This document shows positions 1 to 13,658 of a stretch of 64,000 bases of DNA, in pieces. This stretch comes from Eledone cirrhosa (lineage: Eukaryota): NCBI GenBank assembly GCA_964016885.1, contig OZ024760.1:17298001-17362000 (forward strand). Reading direction: 5' to 3'. The position numbers and the translations under genes were made by a program. The notes below the pieces were generated by a model. It was not told the DNA's origin and searched no databases. It was given only the letters and a program-made list of their open reading frames with translations. Positions within the stretch are counted from its first letter, which is position 1; the number at the start of each line of letters is the position of its first letter.

Positions 1-42
1 TGTATATATATATGTGCAGATTTATATGTATGTATATATACA

Positions 43-143
43 CAGGGTATCACCAAAAAATGTATACACACTTCAACAGCAGTCTAATAAATAGTGCTTG
101 TACAGGTAATCAAAATGTGTATACATTTTTTGGGGACACCCTA
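43..143. mobile_element. About 100-bp MITE with about 30-bp TIRs (CAGGGT-type, Tc1/mariner-like)
   Basis: AGGGTATCACCAAAAAATGTATACACA at the left; its near reverse complement TGTGTATACATTTTTTGGGGACACCCT at the right. Confidence 0.7.
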
Positions 144-208
144 AATATATATGTATGTATGTATGTATGTATATATATATACACATATATATATATATAT
201 ACACACAC

Positions 209-298
<90 letters not shown>

Positions 299-382
299 AC
301 ATATACACACATGTATATATATATACACATATATATATACATATACACACGTATATATATATACACAGATGTATATATATAA

Positions 383-425
<43 letters not shown>

Positions 426-427
426 TG

Positions 428-458
<31 letters not shown>

Positions 459-459
459 G

Positions 460-493
<34 letters not shown>

Positions 494-680
494 TATATGT
501 ATATATATATACATGTATATATATATATACACATATATATATATATACACATGTATATATATATATACACATATATATATATATACACATGTATATATAT
601 ATATATGCATGTATGTATACATACATACAAATATATATATATATATGTATGTATGTATACATACATACAAATATATATAT
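144..680. repeat. Compound (TA)n/(CA)n microsatellite
   Basis: Seen directly. Similar tracts at 8318-8665, 13260-13670, 13900-14520, 16960-17432, 23187-23680 and many shorter sites. Confidence 0.97.
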
Positions 681-953
681 TTATATATCATGCTGTCCTT
701 CATTTTCCTGCCATATTGTTGCTCCTTTAAAGCTGTCACCTTATTAACTGTTGGTTTTATCTTTCTGTTAAAGGTTTTCTGCAAAGTCCTCACATTGTTC
801 CTGAGTCTGGTCCACATTTCCATTATCAGGGTCCTCCTAGCTGCCTCCTCAGTGGTAATGTGTGTTTTGTCTCATTCCATGGCCTCTCATGCTATATATA
901 TATGTATATATATATAATATATAAGATCAAAAGATGGTTAAAAGAGTTCCAAA

Positions 954-1024
954 TATTTTATTATGCGCATTTCAAAAACAAATATCATCATGGGATGATA
1001 TCTGCGTTCTCATCAGATAAAATA
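954..1024 (-). ncRNA. Minimal type I hammerhead motif, inverted twin of 1079-1150
   Basis: Reverse complement reads UAUUUUAU CUGAUGA ... GAAA UGCGCA UA AUAAAAUA with a perfect 8-bp stem I. Confidence 0.8.
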
Positions 1025-1078
1025 GTTTTAAAACTTCACTGCTCACAAGTGTTTTTTAAACTTCATATCATGTCTCCG

Positions 1079-1150
1079 TATTTTATCTGATGAGAACACA
1101 GATATCATCCCATGATGATATTTGTTTTTGAAATGCGCATAAATAAAATA
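1079..1150 (+). ncRNA. Minimal type I hammerhead ribozyme motif
   Basis: UAUUUUAU-CUGAUGA-[GAACACAGAUAUCAUC...GAUGAUAUUUGUUUUU]-GAAA-UGCGCA-UA-(A)AUAAAAUA; palindromic stem III. Confidence 0.75.
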
Positions 1151-1419
1151 CTTGGAACTCTTTTAACCATCTTTTGATCTTATTTTATTTATACTCCAGT
1201 CCTACAACTGTTGAGTGCTACTTATCTGATATTTGCATTGCTTTATTGTGCTACATTAAAACTCACCTCCTACATGTATATATATATATCTATATCTCGT
1301 GTGTATATATATATATATATACACATTATATATACATATATGTACATAATACATACATATAAATAAATGTTGCTCCCATCCTCTGCCAACAGCCACCCCT
1401 AACAAACATCACCTCTAAC

Positions 1420-1835
1420 CATCATACCACACCATACTACACCATACCATACCACACCATACTACACCATACCATACCACACCACACCTTACAATACCAT
1501 ACCACGCCATACTACAGCACACCATACCATACCACACCATACTATATTACACCACACCTTACAATACCATACCACACCATACTACAGCACACCATACCAT
1601 ACCACACCTTACTACACCATACCACACCATACCATACTACACCATACCACACCTTACTACACCATACCACACCATACCATACCACACCACACCATACCAT
1701 ACCACACCATACAATACAATACTACACCATACTATACTACACCACACCAAACCATACCATACCATACTACACCATACCACACCTTACAATACTATACTAC
1801 ACCATACCACACCATACCATACTACACCATACCAT
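1420..1835. repeat. Degenerate pentanucleotide (CACCA/TACCA/TACTA) tract
   Basis: Seen directly; reverse-oriented analogue at 12340-12765. Confidence 0.92.
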
Positions 1836-2484
1836 GCTATGCTATTACCATCTCATTCACCATCGCTGGTTACTAAAAGTTAGTGACCCTTCAACTCCCT
1901 ACCCTCTCTTTTCAAAAATAAATATCAGCAAAAAAGAGGCCAAAAGGAATATGTCTGTTATCACTATTACTGTTATTATTATTATTATTATTAATACCAT
2001 TATTATTATTATTGTTGTTGTTATTATTTGGGTTGTCAAGTATGAAATTTGTAGCGAGCCATATGTTCATATGTTTTTTTTTTCTACAAATTTCATATTT
2101 GACGATCCAATATTGTTGTTGTTATTATTATGGTTGTTGTTATTTGATGGCATTGTTTTGTTGTTATTTTTATATTTGGTTTACATCAACTCTATGGCAC
2201 CACCCAACCCCACCCCAGAAATTATTTCATTTCTCCTTCAACTTTTTTAATTTCTCTTTTTTCCCCCTTTTTTAAATTCTTTCTATGAATTTCCTGACAT
2301 TAACGACCCCTCCGCCACCATTTTTACTACTTAAGCCCCCTTGTTTATTTAAATGATTTTTTTTTCACCATGCCCATCCCTTTGCCCCCAGAGTTTTTAA
2401 CAGTTTGTCTACTTAACAAGTTGACATATTCTTCCCTGCCCCTCCCCTCCAAGGGCTCCAAGAACCAGAGGCTGGATGCCATAA

Positions 2485-2705
2485 CCCTTTAGCATTTACA
2501 TTACTCTATATCTACTATTTTATTTTTGTGGTAAAGGGTTTACCTAACATATTTATCTCACATAATATCGAGTCTATGGAATTTTGATATTATTAATTTT
2601 GAGAGCAATACCTTAACATCAGTATAAATGGCCAGTTACGGCCAGTTTGAACTGAAAAAGGTGAGAGAATTCTGGCCGGATATGGCCGGTTTAAATGCTA
2701 AAGGG
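2485..2705 (+). mobile_element. About 220-bp TTAA-flanked (piggyBac-type) MITE, family A
   Basis: 14-bp TIR CCCTTTAGCATTTA ... TAAATGCTAAAGGG. Flanks here are ATAA; other copies have TTAA. At least 10 copies in the window. Confidence 0.8.
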
Positions 2706-2886
2706 ATAATCTTATACCTACCTTATGAAGAATTTATATCTTCATAAAGAGTAACAGGAATAAGCGAGACCAGCAGAACATGGAGCTTGTGTCTCTGTAT
2801 AAACTATACCAACATAAAAAAGAATTTCAACTCCACCCACTGACATCTTACAATGGCAAAAAAAAAAAAATAAATGGATTATATAT

Positions 2887-3023
2887 CATCATCGTAGTTT
2901 TTATGCCAACTTTTCCACACTTGCATGGGTTGGCCCTGGGTCCTTTTCAGCACGGCTGTTGTGATCCTTTGTCATCACCTCTGTGAGTCTCAGTGATTTG
3001 AGATCAGCTCTCACAACCTCTGC

Positions 3024-3027
<4 letters not shown>
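2887..3027 (-). mobile_element. RTE LINE extreme 3' fragment
   Basis: WAEVVRADLKSLRLT...PTHASVEKLA*, homologous to 22769-22962. Confidence 0.75.
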
Positions 3028-3083
<56 letters not shown>

Positions 3084-3527
3084 CATTTTATACAATATCA
3101 CTGAGGGCTAGATTACAGTAGAAGCAGCTCTCCCTAGGGATAAAAAGGTTATCCTCACTGCAGTTTCAAAGTCCAAAAGAATAACGGATAACCCTTCAAT
3201 ATATATATATATATATATTTATATATAGCATCACCATCATCATTGATTAACATCCATTTTCCTCGCTAGCATGGGTTAGATTGGTTGGTCCGTTTGAGGC
3301 TAGTCGGGTGAGGTGGCTGTGTCTTGGTCATACACAGTTGTTTCTGGCTAGATTTCTACAGCTGGGTGCCCTTCCTAATGCCAACCACATTCATGCCTAC
3401 ATACACACACACACACACATATATGTGTGTGTGTGTTTCATTTCCAACTGCTCAAGAGAAGAGAAAAAATGCGTTATGTTTTAGCCATTGTAAAGTAGCA
3501 ATATTTTGTTAATGCATCAAATAACTA

Positions 3528-3578
<51 letters not shown>

Positions 3579-3580
<2 letters not shown>

Positions 3581-3743
3581 GTGAAACTCCGTTATAACGA
3601 AATTCATAGGTATAAAAAAAAATTTGTTGTAACCAAAAATTCTTTATAACGAGATTGACCTACCTAGGGGATTGAAAAAAATTTCATTATACTGAAAAAA
3701 ATTTCATTATACTGAAAAATTTGTTATAATGGTATTTTACCTG

Positions 3744-3746
<3 letters not shown>
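3579..3746 (+). mobile_element. pogo/Tigger-like MITE (CAGTGAAAC... termini)
   Basis: CAGTGAAACTCCGTTATAACG ... GTTATAATGGTATTTTACCTG imperfect TIRs in TA/CA microsatellite; second copy at 57084-57244. Confidence 0.65.
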
Positions 3747-3805
<59 letters not shown>

Positions 3806-4291
3806 CTAATATATTCAATAACAATATGTTGGCCACTGTATGAAATAACAATATAGTTTTATATTTAATTTCAGCAAAATATTAATAATATTTATATGTA
3901 TATTGTTGTTAAAATATTTCTTTATCTCTTCTCACAGTGTTTTCCTATTTTTCCCTTTCTCTTGTTTGTAATTATAATTTAAATGTAAATATTTTAAATA
4001 TTTTAGCATCAGACACTTTTCTTGTATTTATTTTCATTATCATTATTTTTAATTTTTATTTATATATATATTTTCTTGAGGGGTGGTATGGGTTGGGGAA
4101 AGTGTTACTGTAAACTGGTAGTCACATCACATCACTTTTAGCTCTTTTCTTACATATATACATACTCAGACATCAATGTGACTGACTAAATACACACACA
4201 CACTTGTGCCTTTTCTCTCCTCCAATTTATTTTCTGTTCTTTCATCTTCTCACTCCCTATCTATCTATTTCATCTTTTGTTTCTCGTTCTA

Positions 4292-4327
4292 TCTTCTGAA
4301 GAAGGACTAACGCCCGAAATATAAAGA
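4292..4327 (+). ncRNA. Very short hammerhead-like motif
   Basis: UCUU CUGAAGA A GGACUAACGCCC GAAA UA UA AAGA; related to 51132-51168; one stem II mismatch. Confidence 0.55.
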
Positions 4328-4371
4328 CTCCTTTCCTACTATTTTAAGTGTTAAACTAAAAGGGTTGCTGA

Positions 4372-4700
4372 GATAGTGTCTTTCATTAGAAATATGGTAG
4401 TGAAAGGGTTAATGACATAGACAGTGTCTTTCATTAGAAATATGATAATGAAAGGGTTAATGACATAGAGACTGTCTTTCATTAGAAATATGGTAATGAA
4501 AGGGTTAATGACATAGAGACTGTCTTTCATTAGAAATATGGTAGTGAAAGGGTTAATGACATAGACAGTGTCTTTCATTAGAAATAAGGTAATGAAAGGG
4601 TTAATGACATAGACAGTGTCTTTCATTAGAAATATGGTAATGAAAGGGTTAATGACATAGACAGTGTCTTTCATTAGAAATATGGTAATGAAAGGGTTAT
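4372..4700. repeat. 48-bp minisatellite, about 7 copies
   Basis: Unit GTCTTTCATTAGAAATATGGTAATGAAAGGGTTAATGACATAGACAGT. Confidence 0.95.
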
Positions 4701-5711
4701 TTAATATTACTGTTAGAAATACTGACAATGTGTTCTTTACTTTGGCTTCCTCTGTTGTTTATAAGCCTGTCTTGACCGAAGTAGGCCAAAGAGCAGAACT
4801 AACTTGGTGCCACTCATTAAAAAACTACTTGAATACAATACATTTCTACAGATGTTGAAACATATATATATATATCCCTCATGATTCACTTTGATCTTAG
4901 AGTTAAGTAGTTCAGTCATATATTTAAGGGCTGAAAACACACATACATGTATGTTTATATATATATATATACATACACATCATCATCATCATCGTTTAAC
5001 GTCCATCTTCCACGCTTGCATGGGTTTGGATGGGAGTTTTCCCACTTGAGGCAAGATTGGTTGTCTTGCTCGTATAGGACTGCCCGGCGGGTTTTCTACG
5101 GCTGGATGCCCTTCCTAACACCAACCACGTTTACAGTGTGGACTGGGAGGTTTTTACTGTGTTACCTACACGGCCACATTACAGCGTGGACTGTACAGAT
5201 ACATACATATACAGATATATATATATATATGTATGTATATGTGTCATAGAGGTGACTTTGAAGAGAGTTGGGCTGTGTTTGACAGTATGTTGTGGAATGT
5301 GTCCTGCTCTCTATGCATGCATGGGTTGGACAGGTGTACTGTGGGGTAGGGGTGCAGCAATGGTTGTACACACCATCATCATCATCATCATCGTTCAATA
5401 TCTATTTTCATGCCTCTCTGTGCCAGAGGGACTGTTATGCTCTGAGACTAGGGCTGAGATAGGGAGAAGGGCACAGGTTATATGCTCATTGTTGTGAGGG
5501 TTGAGGTGGGAAGGCAAAAGAGGGATATGTGGTGGGCAAGGCAAGTGAATATCATCATCATCATCACCGCTTTACGTCTATTTTTCCACACTAGCATGGG
5601 TTAGACAAGTTGTCCTGTTGTAGGCAATGCCAGGTCAGGTGACCATGTCTTACTCATACAGAACTGATTTTGGCTTGATTTCTACAGCTGGATGCTCTTC
5701 CTAACACCAGG

Positions 5712-5770
<59 letters not shown>

Positions 5771-5875
5771 CACACACACACATATATATCCAGGGAGTGT
5801 AACGTGAAGTTACTGTAGGTTCACCCAGGTGGGCACTCGATGTTTAGGTCCTTGTATTATTATTTATATATATAA

Positions 5876-6062
5876 GGGCGGTGAATTGGCAGAATCGGTA
5901 GAGGGTCGGACGCCATGCTTTCTAGCATAGTTACGGCCCTTTACAGTCTGAGTTCAAATCCTGCCGAGGTTAACTTTGCCTTTCATTCTTCCGGGGTCGA
6001 TAGAATAAAGTACCAATAATGCACTGGGTAATTGCTGGCCTTGTGCCAAAAGTAGAAACAAT
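5876..6062 (+). mobile_element. tRNA-headed SINE with Meta/MESC-like central domain (octopus OR-like family)
   Basis: A-box TGGCAGAATCGG, B-box GAGTTCAAATCC, core GCCTTTCATyCTTwCGGGGTCGATA..AAGTACCA. Further copies at about 10651-10832(-), 11381-11540(-), 18443-18835(- x2), 20050-20210(-), 21228-21410(-), 32226-32408, 32935-33098, 53338-53525, 54970-55118, 55529-55714, 57470-57790(-). Confidence 0.85.
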
Positions 6063-6065
6063 TAT

Positions 6066-6096
<31 letters not shown>

Positions 6097-6362
6097 TATA
6101 TATTTGTGTATATACATGTGTATTTGGGTCAATTGTATGTTTGATGAAGCCTTTTATTATTCTCAAGCACTCTTTTGAAATTATAGTTGTCATTTCCAGC
6201 TCCCAAGGCCAACAATATTATTATTATTATTATCTCGTTATAGAATTAGTTGTAGTTTTAAAGTGCACTTTTAACTACAGAACTACTTTTGATGTCTTTC
6301 AACTCTTTTCTCCTGTCCATTCCTATTTACACACACACAAGTAAACATGCAGACACTCAAAT

Positions 6363-6404
<42 letters not shown>

Positions 6405-6914
6405 GCACACACATTCCAATACACATACATACACTCCAATACACATACATTTACACATATGCACACGCACACTCACTCCAATACACACATGCACACACAA
6501 CTAATACACATACACTCAAATACGCATACACTTGCACACACACACACACACACATTCCAATACATACCCACATACACACACTCCACAATACACGCACTAG
6601 TCTATTTTTGGAATCTAAAATTCCACGACCAGCTTTCAACTTCAACTTGTGATTTAAATTTGTCATTAATGAAAATATTTCAATCACAAGGTGATTAAAT
6701 TAGAGAAAGAATCCTCATAATTTATTCATTTAACTTTGTTTCCATTTTACCATTGTGCCTTTGGTCTTTCTCTTCCGTGTATTTTTATTGTTTTTATTAG
6801 ATTGTTTTTTTTCTTGTTATTGTTTTTATTGCACATGGCAAAAATTTGTCCTCTACACATTGTGATCTTTCAAACACAAAGTTTTTAATTCTGTGTTAAC
6901 ATAAACACACACAT

Positions 6915-7220
6915 GACTTAGTGGTTAGAGCGTTGGCTTTGCAATCGAAAGGTTGTGAGTTCAATTCTCAGACCGGGTGATGTGTTGTTTCACATTGCTC
7001 CAGTTTACTCAGCTGTAGAAATGAGATGATAGGGACTGGGGTCCCTATCATTCCACTGCAAAGTGGTCGTGGAGGTGCCACGGCAAAAAAGCACCCAGCA
7101 CTCACTGTAAATGAGGTTGGTGTTAGGAAGGGCATCCAGCTGTAGAAATCAAGTCAGAATCAGTTCCCATCCCACCCTTGCAAGCAGGGAAAAGTGGATG
7201 TAAAATGATGATGATGATGA
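6915..7220 (+). mobile_element. CORE-like SINE with a small internal deletion
   Basis: Same head, body and (TGA)n tail as 39506-39842. Confidence 0.8.
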
Positions 7221-7320
7221 TATATATAGTATAAAGACAACGAAAAATCAGTGATGCATCTGGACTCAATTTATTGCGTGTTACAATTGTAGTGATAAAA
7301 TTTTCTCCAAAAGAACTACC

Positions 7321-7411
7321 CGTGTCTGAAGGAACCTGCAGCCGTAGAATCAGCCAGATCCATACAGGGACCATGTCTCGAGCTACCTGCTGGCGAAACA
7401 ATTGTAACACG
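7321..7411 (+). ncRNA. Type I hammerhead motif with a core variant (CUGAAGG)
   Basis: CGUGU CUGAAGG ...long stem II... GAAA CAAUUG UA ACACG; perfect stem I, palindromic stem III. Confidence 0.6.
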
Positions 7412-7607
7412 CAATAAATTGAGTCCAGATGCATCACTGATTTTTCGTTTTCTTTATACTATCTACACTCTACTCTGCTGAATATTGAGTGCTAATTTTG
7501 GCATACCGCCTATGGAAGCACCATAGCTACCATTATACACAACTATATATATATATATATATTCATTCAAAAAATATTAACAAAAATAGAACTTCATTGT
7601 GATCAAG

Positions 7608-7668
7608 TATTATACATATTTCAGAGGTACTGAGCTAACTTCAACAGTACATCCTCATCAGATAAAAT
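7608..7668 (-). ncRNA. Hammerhead motif
   Basis: UUUUAU CUGAUGA GGAUGUACUG...CAGUACCUCU GAAA UAUGUA UA AU; stem I 3' arm shortened. Confidence 0.55.
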
Positions 7669-7794
7669 CTATTGTAAAACTAATTCTTTGATTTATTCAT
7701 TGAACCTTGTTTAACCTTTAAATATATATATATATATATATAATATATATATATATAATATATAAGATCAAAAGATGGTTAAAAGAGTTCCATG

Positions 7795-7865
7795 TATTTT
7801 ATTATGCGCATTTCAAAAACAAAGATCATCATGCGATGACATTTGCGTTTTCGTCAGATAAAATA
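7795..7865 (-). ncRNA. Hammerhead motif, same family as 954-1150
   Basis: UAUUUUAU CUGACGA ... GAAA UGCGCA UA AUAAAAUA; the only core change is at the tolerant N7 position. Confidence 0.75.
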
Positions 7866-7913
7866 GGGAGACATGATATGAAGGTTAAAAAACACTTGTG
7901 AATAGTGCAGTTT

Positions 7914-7968
<55 letters not shown>

Positions 7969-7988
7969 AACAAGACAAAATATAACTA

Positions 7989-8056
7989 CTCCATTACCAA
8001 AGGTTTCTGGATCACAGCCGATAATAATACACGTCTGGATCGTTCGTCAGACAGAG
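7989..8056 (-). ncRNA. Hammerhead motif
   Basis: CUCUGU CUGACGA ACGAUC...GAUCCA GAAA CCUUUGG UA AUGGAG; 6-bp stem I with G-U pairs. Confidence 0.65.
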
Positions 8057-8315
8057 ATGTTATGTTTGTGATCTTTCAAACACAAAGTGTCTAATTCTGT
8101 GTTGACATAAACACACACACACATATATATATATATATAGTATATATATAGTAATAATAATAAATTTGAAGACTAAAATCCAAAGAGGGCTCGATAAGGA
8201 TAAATATATATCAAATATATAAGAACCGTAGAGCAAATATTTATTAAAATAACAGATTACGGTTTAAGCAAAGAATCGCTGCTTTCACCCTTAACGGGAT
8301 CTTCTGTTATTTTAA

Positions 8316-8384
<69 letters not shown>

Positions 8385-8397
8385 GTATATATATATG

Positions 8398-8460
<63 letters not shown>

Positions 8461-8613
8461 GTATATATATATGTATATATATATGTATATATATATGTAT
8501 ATATATATGTATATATATATGTATATATATATGTATATATATATGTATATATATATGTATGTATATATATATATATGTATATATATATGTATATATATAT
8601 GTATATATATATG

Positions 8614-8664
<51 letters not shown>

Positions 8665-8860
8665 GGCTTAGTGGTTAGAGTGTTCGGCTTGCATTTGAGA
8701 GGTTTGTGGGTTGTGAGTTCAATTCTTGGACTGGGTGATGCGCTGTGTCCTTGAACAAGACACTTTATTTCACATTGCTCCAGTTTACTCCTTGCCTCTA
8801 AATGGGACAAACCTGTCTAACCCATGCTAGCGTGGAAGATGTACATTAATTGATGATGAT

Positions 8861-8891
<31 letters not shown>

Positions 8892-9304
8892 TACAAATAG
8901 TAAAGGTGGTATGATAAAATGCACCCAGTGCACTCTGTAAGGTTGTTGCTGTAGAAACCCTGCCCAAAATGAAACATGTGTTTCACATACTTACATACAT
9001 ACCTACATAAATATATACATAGACACACACATACATATATACACACATACATATATACACACATACATACATCCCACCCTTGCAAGCAGGGAAAAGCGGA
9101 CATAAAATGATGATGATACATATATACATACTCATATACATACATACATTCATAGATATATACACACCTACATACATATATACACACATACTTATATACA
9201 CACTCCTTTATCCATTTGTTGCACAATAGTGTCTCAAATAACGGAAAAAAGTCACAACTTTATTATTGCAGTCATTTGTAATGACTCACAAGTAAAGACT
9301 CTGA

Positions 9305-10330
9305 CATACACACACACACACATTAAACACACACACACACATTTAACACACACACACACACACACATTAAACACACACACATTTAACATACACACAGACA
9401 TTAAACACACACACACACATTTAACATATACACAGACACACACATTTAACATATACACACACACATTTAACACACACATTAAACACACACACACACACAT
9501 TTAACATACACACACACACACACATTTAACATACACACACACACATTAAACACACACACACATTTAACATACACACACACACACACACACACATATTTAA
9601 CATACACACACACACACACATTTAACATACACACATTAAACACACACACTCACACATTTAACATACACATATTAAACACACACATAGACACACATTTAAC
9701 ATACACACATTAAACACACACACACACTCACACATTTAACAAACACACACACACATTTAACATACACACACACATTTAACATACACACACATTAAACACA
9801 CACACACACATATACACACATTAAACACACTCACACATACATTTAACATACACACACACACTCACATTAAACATACACTCATAAACCATTGGCATACACA
9901 CATACACACTTACAGATACACACACACGAACACACGCATTAACACACAAACACATTTTCAGATACATAACAGATGCACATAACACACACATACAATCAAA
10001 TCCATACACACGCACATACAATCAAATCCACACACATACAATCAAATCCACACACATACAATCAAATCCATACACACGCACATACAATCAAATCCACACA
10101 CATACAATCAAATCCATACACACGCACATACAATCAAATACATATACATACAATCAAATCCATACACACGCACATACAATCAAATCCACACACATACAAT
10201 CAAATCCATACACACGCACATACAATCAAATACATATACAATCAAATCCACACACACACACACACACACATACAAGCAGATACATATATATACACACACA
10301 CACACACACTCAATCAAATCCATACATAAC
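9305..10330. repeat. CA-rich compound repeats (TTTAACATA(CA)n, then CAATCAAATCCA units)
   Basis: Seen directly. Confidence 0.92.
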
Positions 10331-11156
10331 CAAATACACACACATACTCTCACATTTATGAATCATATATCAGACTTTCTCTGATGCAATATGTCAGATT
10401 TGTTACAATAGTTCAATTTATGCAATAACCATAAAGTTCAAATGAATATAGGAAGCTTTATATAAGGACGTAGATATTAAAACAATAATTGGTGTGATCA
10501 CATCTTGGCTGATCGTTAGCTAATTAAGCTCAACACCAACAGAATCTCATTGACAGACTGCCAAAAGTGGTGTTTCTTTAGGCTTTTATCATATATCATT
10601 AGTAATAAGTTTTCATTAGCCTAAGTTATGTATGGTTGTGTAATTAATTAGTTCTACTTTTGGCACAAGGCCGGCTGTTATCCCAGTGCATTACTGGTAC
10701 TTTATTTTATCGACCCCGTAAGGATGAAAGGCAAAGTTAACCTCGGCGGGATTTGAGCTCAGACTATAAAGGGCCGTAACTCTTTGCTGCAAAGCTTGGC
10801 GTCCGACCCTCTACCGATACTGCCAATCCACCGTTGCTGCATTAAAAACACTGTTGTGTAATTAATGCAGCAAAAATATGACAAAGAATACCCAATCATC
10901 GCTACCCCCACTATGATATGGACCCAGATGGTGTGGGTGAACATTCTCTGGTGTTCAGAACCCCATGTGCAAACCACCCTGTTCTCCAAGAGGACAGAAT
11001 GGGGAAAATATTGCTGTGGAGGATAGTGTGGCAGATGCATTGAAATACCTTTTCCCACTGGCTCACACCTGCAGGTGGCTTTGTGGTTAAGGTGTTTGCT
11101 TTGGTGGTAGTTGAAATCAGAGTAGGGCTCACTGCTCTTCGTGGCTGAGTGGTTAA

Positions 11157-11377
11157 CCCTTTAGCATTTACATTATTCTTTATTTACTATTGTATTTTCA
11201 TGGTAAAGGCTTTATCTAACATAATTATCTCACATAATATTGAATCTATGAGAATTTGATATTATTTATTTTGAGAACAATACCTTAACATCAGTATGAG
11301 TGGCCAGTTACAGTTGGTTTGAACAGAAAGAAGCGAGAGAATTCTGGCCAGATACAGTCAGTTTAAATGCGAAAGGG
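11157..11377 (+). mobile_element. MITE family A copy
   Basis: TTAA|CCCTTTAGCATTTA ... TAAATGCGAAAGGG|TTAA. Confidence 0.85.
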
Positions 11378-12032
11378 TTAAATCGACCCCCAGTGCGTTA
11401 CTGGTATATAATTTTATCAACCCCATAAGGATGAAAGGTAAATCTAACCTCGGTGAGATATAAACTCAGAACGTAAAGAACCATAACTTTATGCCACAAA
11501 CCATGTCTGACGCTCTACTGATTCTACTGCCAATTTACCCTCAAATCTAATAATAACAATAACAACACCACAGGATTATCCTCTGGCAATTAGTGACTTT
11601 TACTGATTATATTTAATTAGATATCAAACTAGATTAACAGAGATCTGTGTAAATCCTTCTCCATCTAAATGCCATTGTCTCACTCATGCTTTTCTCTTGT
11701 TTTGTTTTTCAATAAACCTCTGAGGTTTTCTTACTTAAGGACACCAACTTCTCAGTCAGATATCTTGCATCACTGCGCTGTTGTTTTTAATTAAGTTCAT
11801 ATCAAGTACTGGAGGACTGGTGGGGGAGCATTGGTGGAATTGTTAGAGTGGAAGACAGAATGAGTGTCATGTAGCACTGTGATGTTGTTTTTTTAACCCT
11901 TTAACATTTAAACCGGCCATATCTGGCCAGAATTCTCTCACATCAGGTACTGGAGGACAGGAGAGAATAGTGGAAGATAGGATGTCTTGTAGCATTGCTT
12001 CCTGGCTTTCTGTGTCCCTGCAGCTGGGAGGG

Positions 12033-12265
12033 GGCCTTTGATGGTGGGTCTGTTGTGTTAGGGCTGACTTAGAGAGGGTAGGGCTTTGATGGTGGGTCTG
12101 TTGTGTCAGGGCTGACTTAGAGAGGGTAGCTGGGCTCCGATGGTAGGACTGCTGTATTAGGGCTGACTTAGAGAGGGAGCTGGGCTCCGATGGTAGGACT
12201 GCTGTATTAGGGCTGACTTAGAGAGGGAGCTGGGCTCCGATGGTAGGACTGCTGTATTAGGGCTA
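12033..12265. repeat. About 50-bp minisatellite, about 5 copies
   Basis: TGGGCTCCGATGGTAGGACTGCTGTATTAGGGCTGACTTAGAGAGGGAGC; starts at 12131, 12181 and 12231. Confidence 0.9.
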
Positions 12266-13360
12266 ACCAAGGATTAAGTTAGTTAGTCTGTTGCAAACCC
12301 AGAGGGCCACCAGGACAAAGTTTATCTCAGTTTCTTTTGTGTAGTGTAGTATAATGTGGTGGAGTGTACTGTAGTGTGGTGTGGTGTGGTATGGTATGGT
12401 GCATTGTGCTATACTGTGGTGTAGTGTATTGTACTGTGGTGTGGTGAGGTGTATTATACTGTACTGTGGTGTGGTGTAGTGTACTGTGGTGTGGTATGGT
12501 GTAGTGTAGTGTACTGTGGTGTGGTGAGGTGTATTATACTGTACTGTACTGTGGTGTGGTGTGGTGAGGTGTATTATACTGTACTGTACTGTGGTGTGGT
12601 GTGGTGTGGTGTGGTGTGGTGTGGTGTGGTATGATATGGTGCATTGTGCTATACTGTGGTGTAGTGTAGTGTACTGTGGTGTGGTGAGGTGTATTATACT
12701 GTACTGTGGTGTGGTGTAGTGTACTGTGGTGTGGTGTATTATACTGTACTGTGGTGTGGTGTGGTTTAAGAGCCAGTAGAGATAGCTTTATGACAACTAG
12801 TCTAACCAGGTCTTTCTAAAACACTGTCCTTCCAAAGAAGGACATTCATTATTCAAGTAAAATAAACCTGATTTTGTGGTGTAATTCACTCTTTGTGTAT
12901 ATATGTATGTATGTGTATATGTAAATGTGTGTGTTCTGTCTATATACATGTGTGTGTTTTGTGTATATATCTATGTATGTGCCTGTTCTATGTGTGTGTG
13001 TGTGTGTATATATGTGCATATATATATATGTGAGGGTGTGTATGAATGTGTCTCCATTTACTTTCTCTCTCTTCAGTATGTGTTTGTTTAAATATGTTTA
13101 ACCCCCCCCCCACTCTCTGTCTATATATATATATATACATATATATATATGTGTGTGTGTGTTTTGTATGAATGCGTTTGTCCCTATTTCTCTTTTTCCC
13201 CTCTGTGTACACATATTTTGGATTTGAATGTATGAATGTATTGAGTCAAATACATACATATATATATATATACACACACACATATATACATATATATATA
13301 TATATAGAGAGAGATATAGATAGATATGTGTATATATATATATAGAGAGAGAGATAGATA

Positions 13361-13416
<56 letters not shown>

Positions 13417-13432
13417 TAGATAGATAGATATA

Positions 13433-13472
<40 letters not shown>

Positions 13473-13516
13473 TAGATAGATATATGTGTGTGTATATATA
13501 TAGATAGATAGATATA

Positions 13517-13578
<62 letters not shown>

Positions 13579-13594
13579 TAGATAGATAGATATA

Positions 13595-13658
<64 letters not shown>

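Noticed and set aside
690-893. Unique-looking minus-strand stretch ([10 protein letters not shown]...) as an exon or LINE piece
   Set aside because: No recognisable motif or clear splice sites; possibly an old LINE fragment, but unsupported.
12-917. Long YI/HT/CV-rich ORFs here and throughout the ORF track
   Set aside because: They are translations of stop-free (TA)n, (CA)n, (GGT)n and (ACC)n tracts.
5876-5965. tRNA genes at A/B-box sequences
   Set aside because: They are SINE heads with no complete cloverleaf, each followed by a SINE body.
10870-11100. Higher-complexity stretch as a possible exon
   Set aside because: No convincing frame, splice pair or protein motif.
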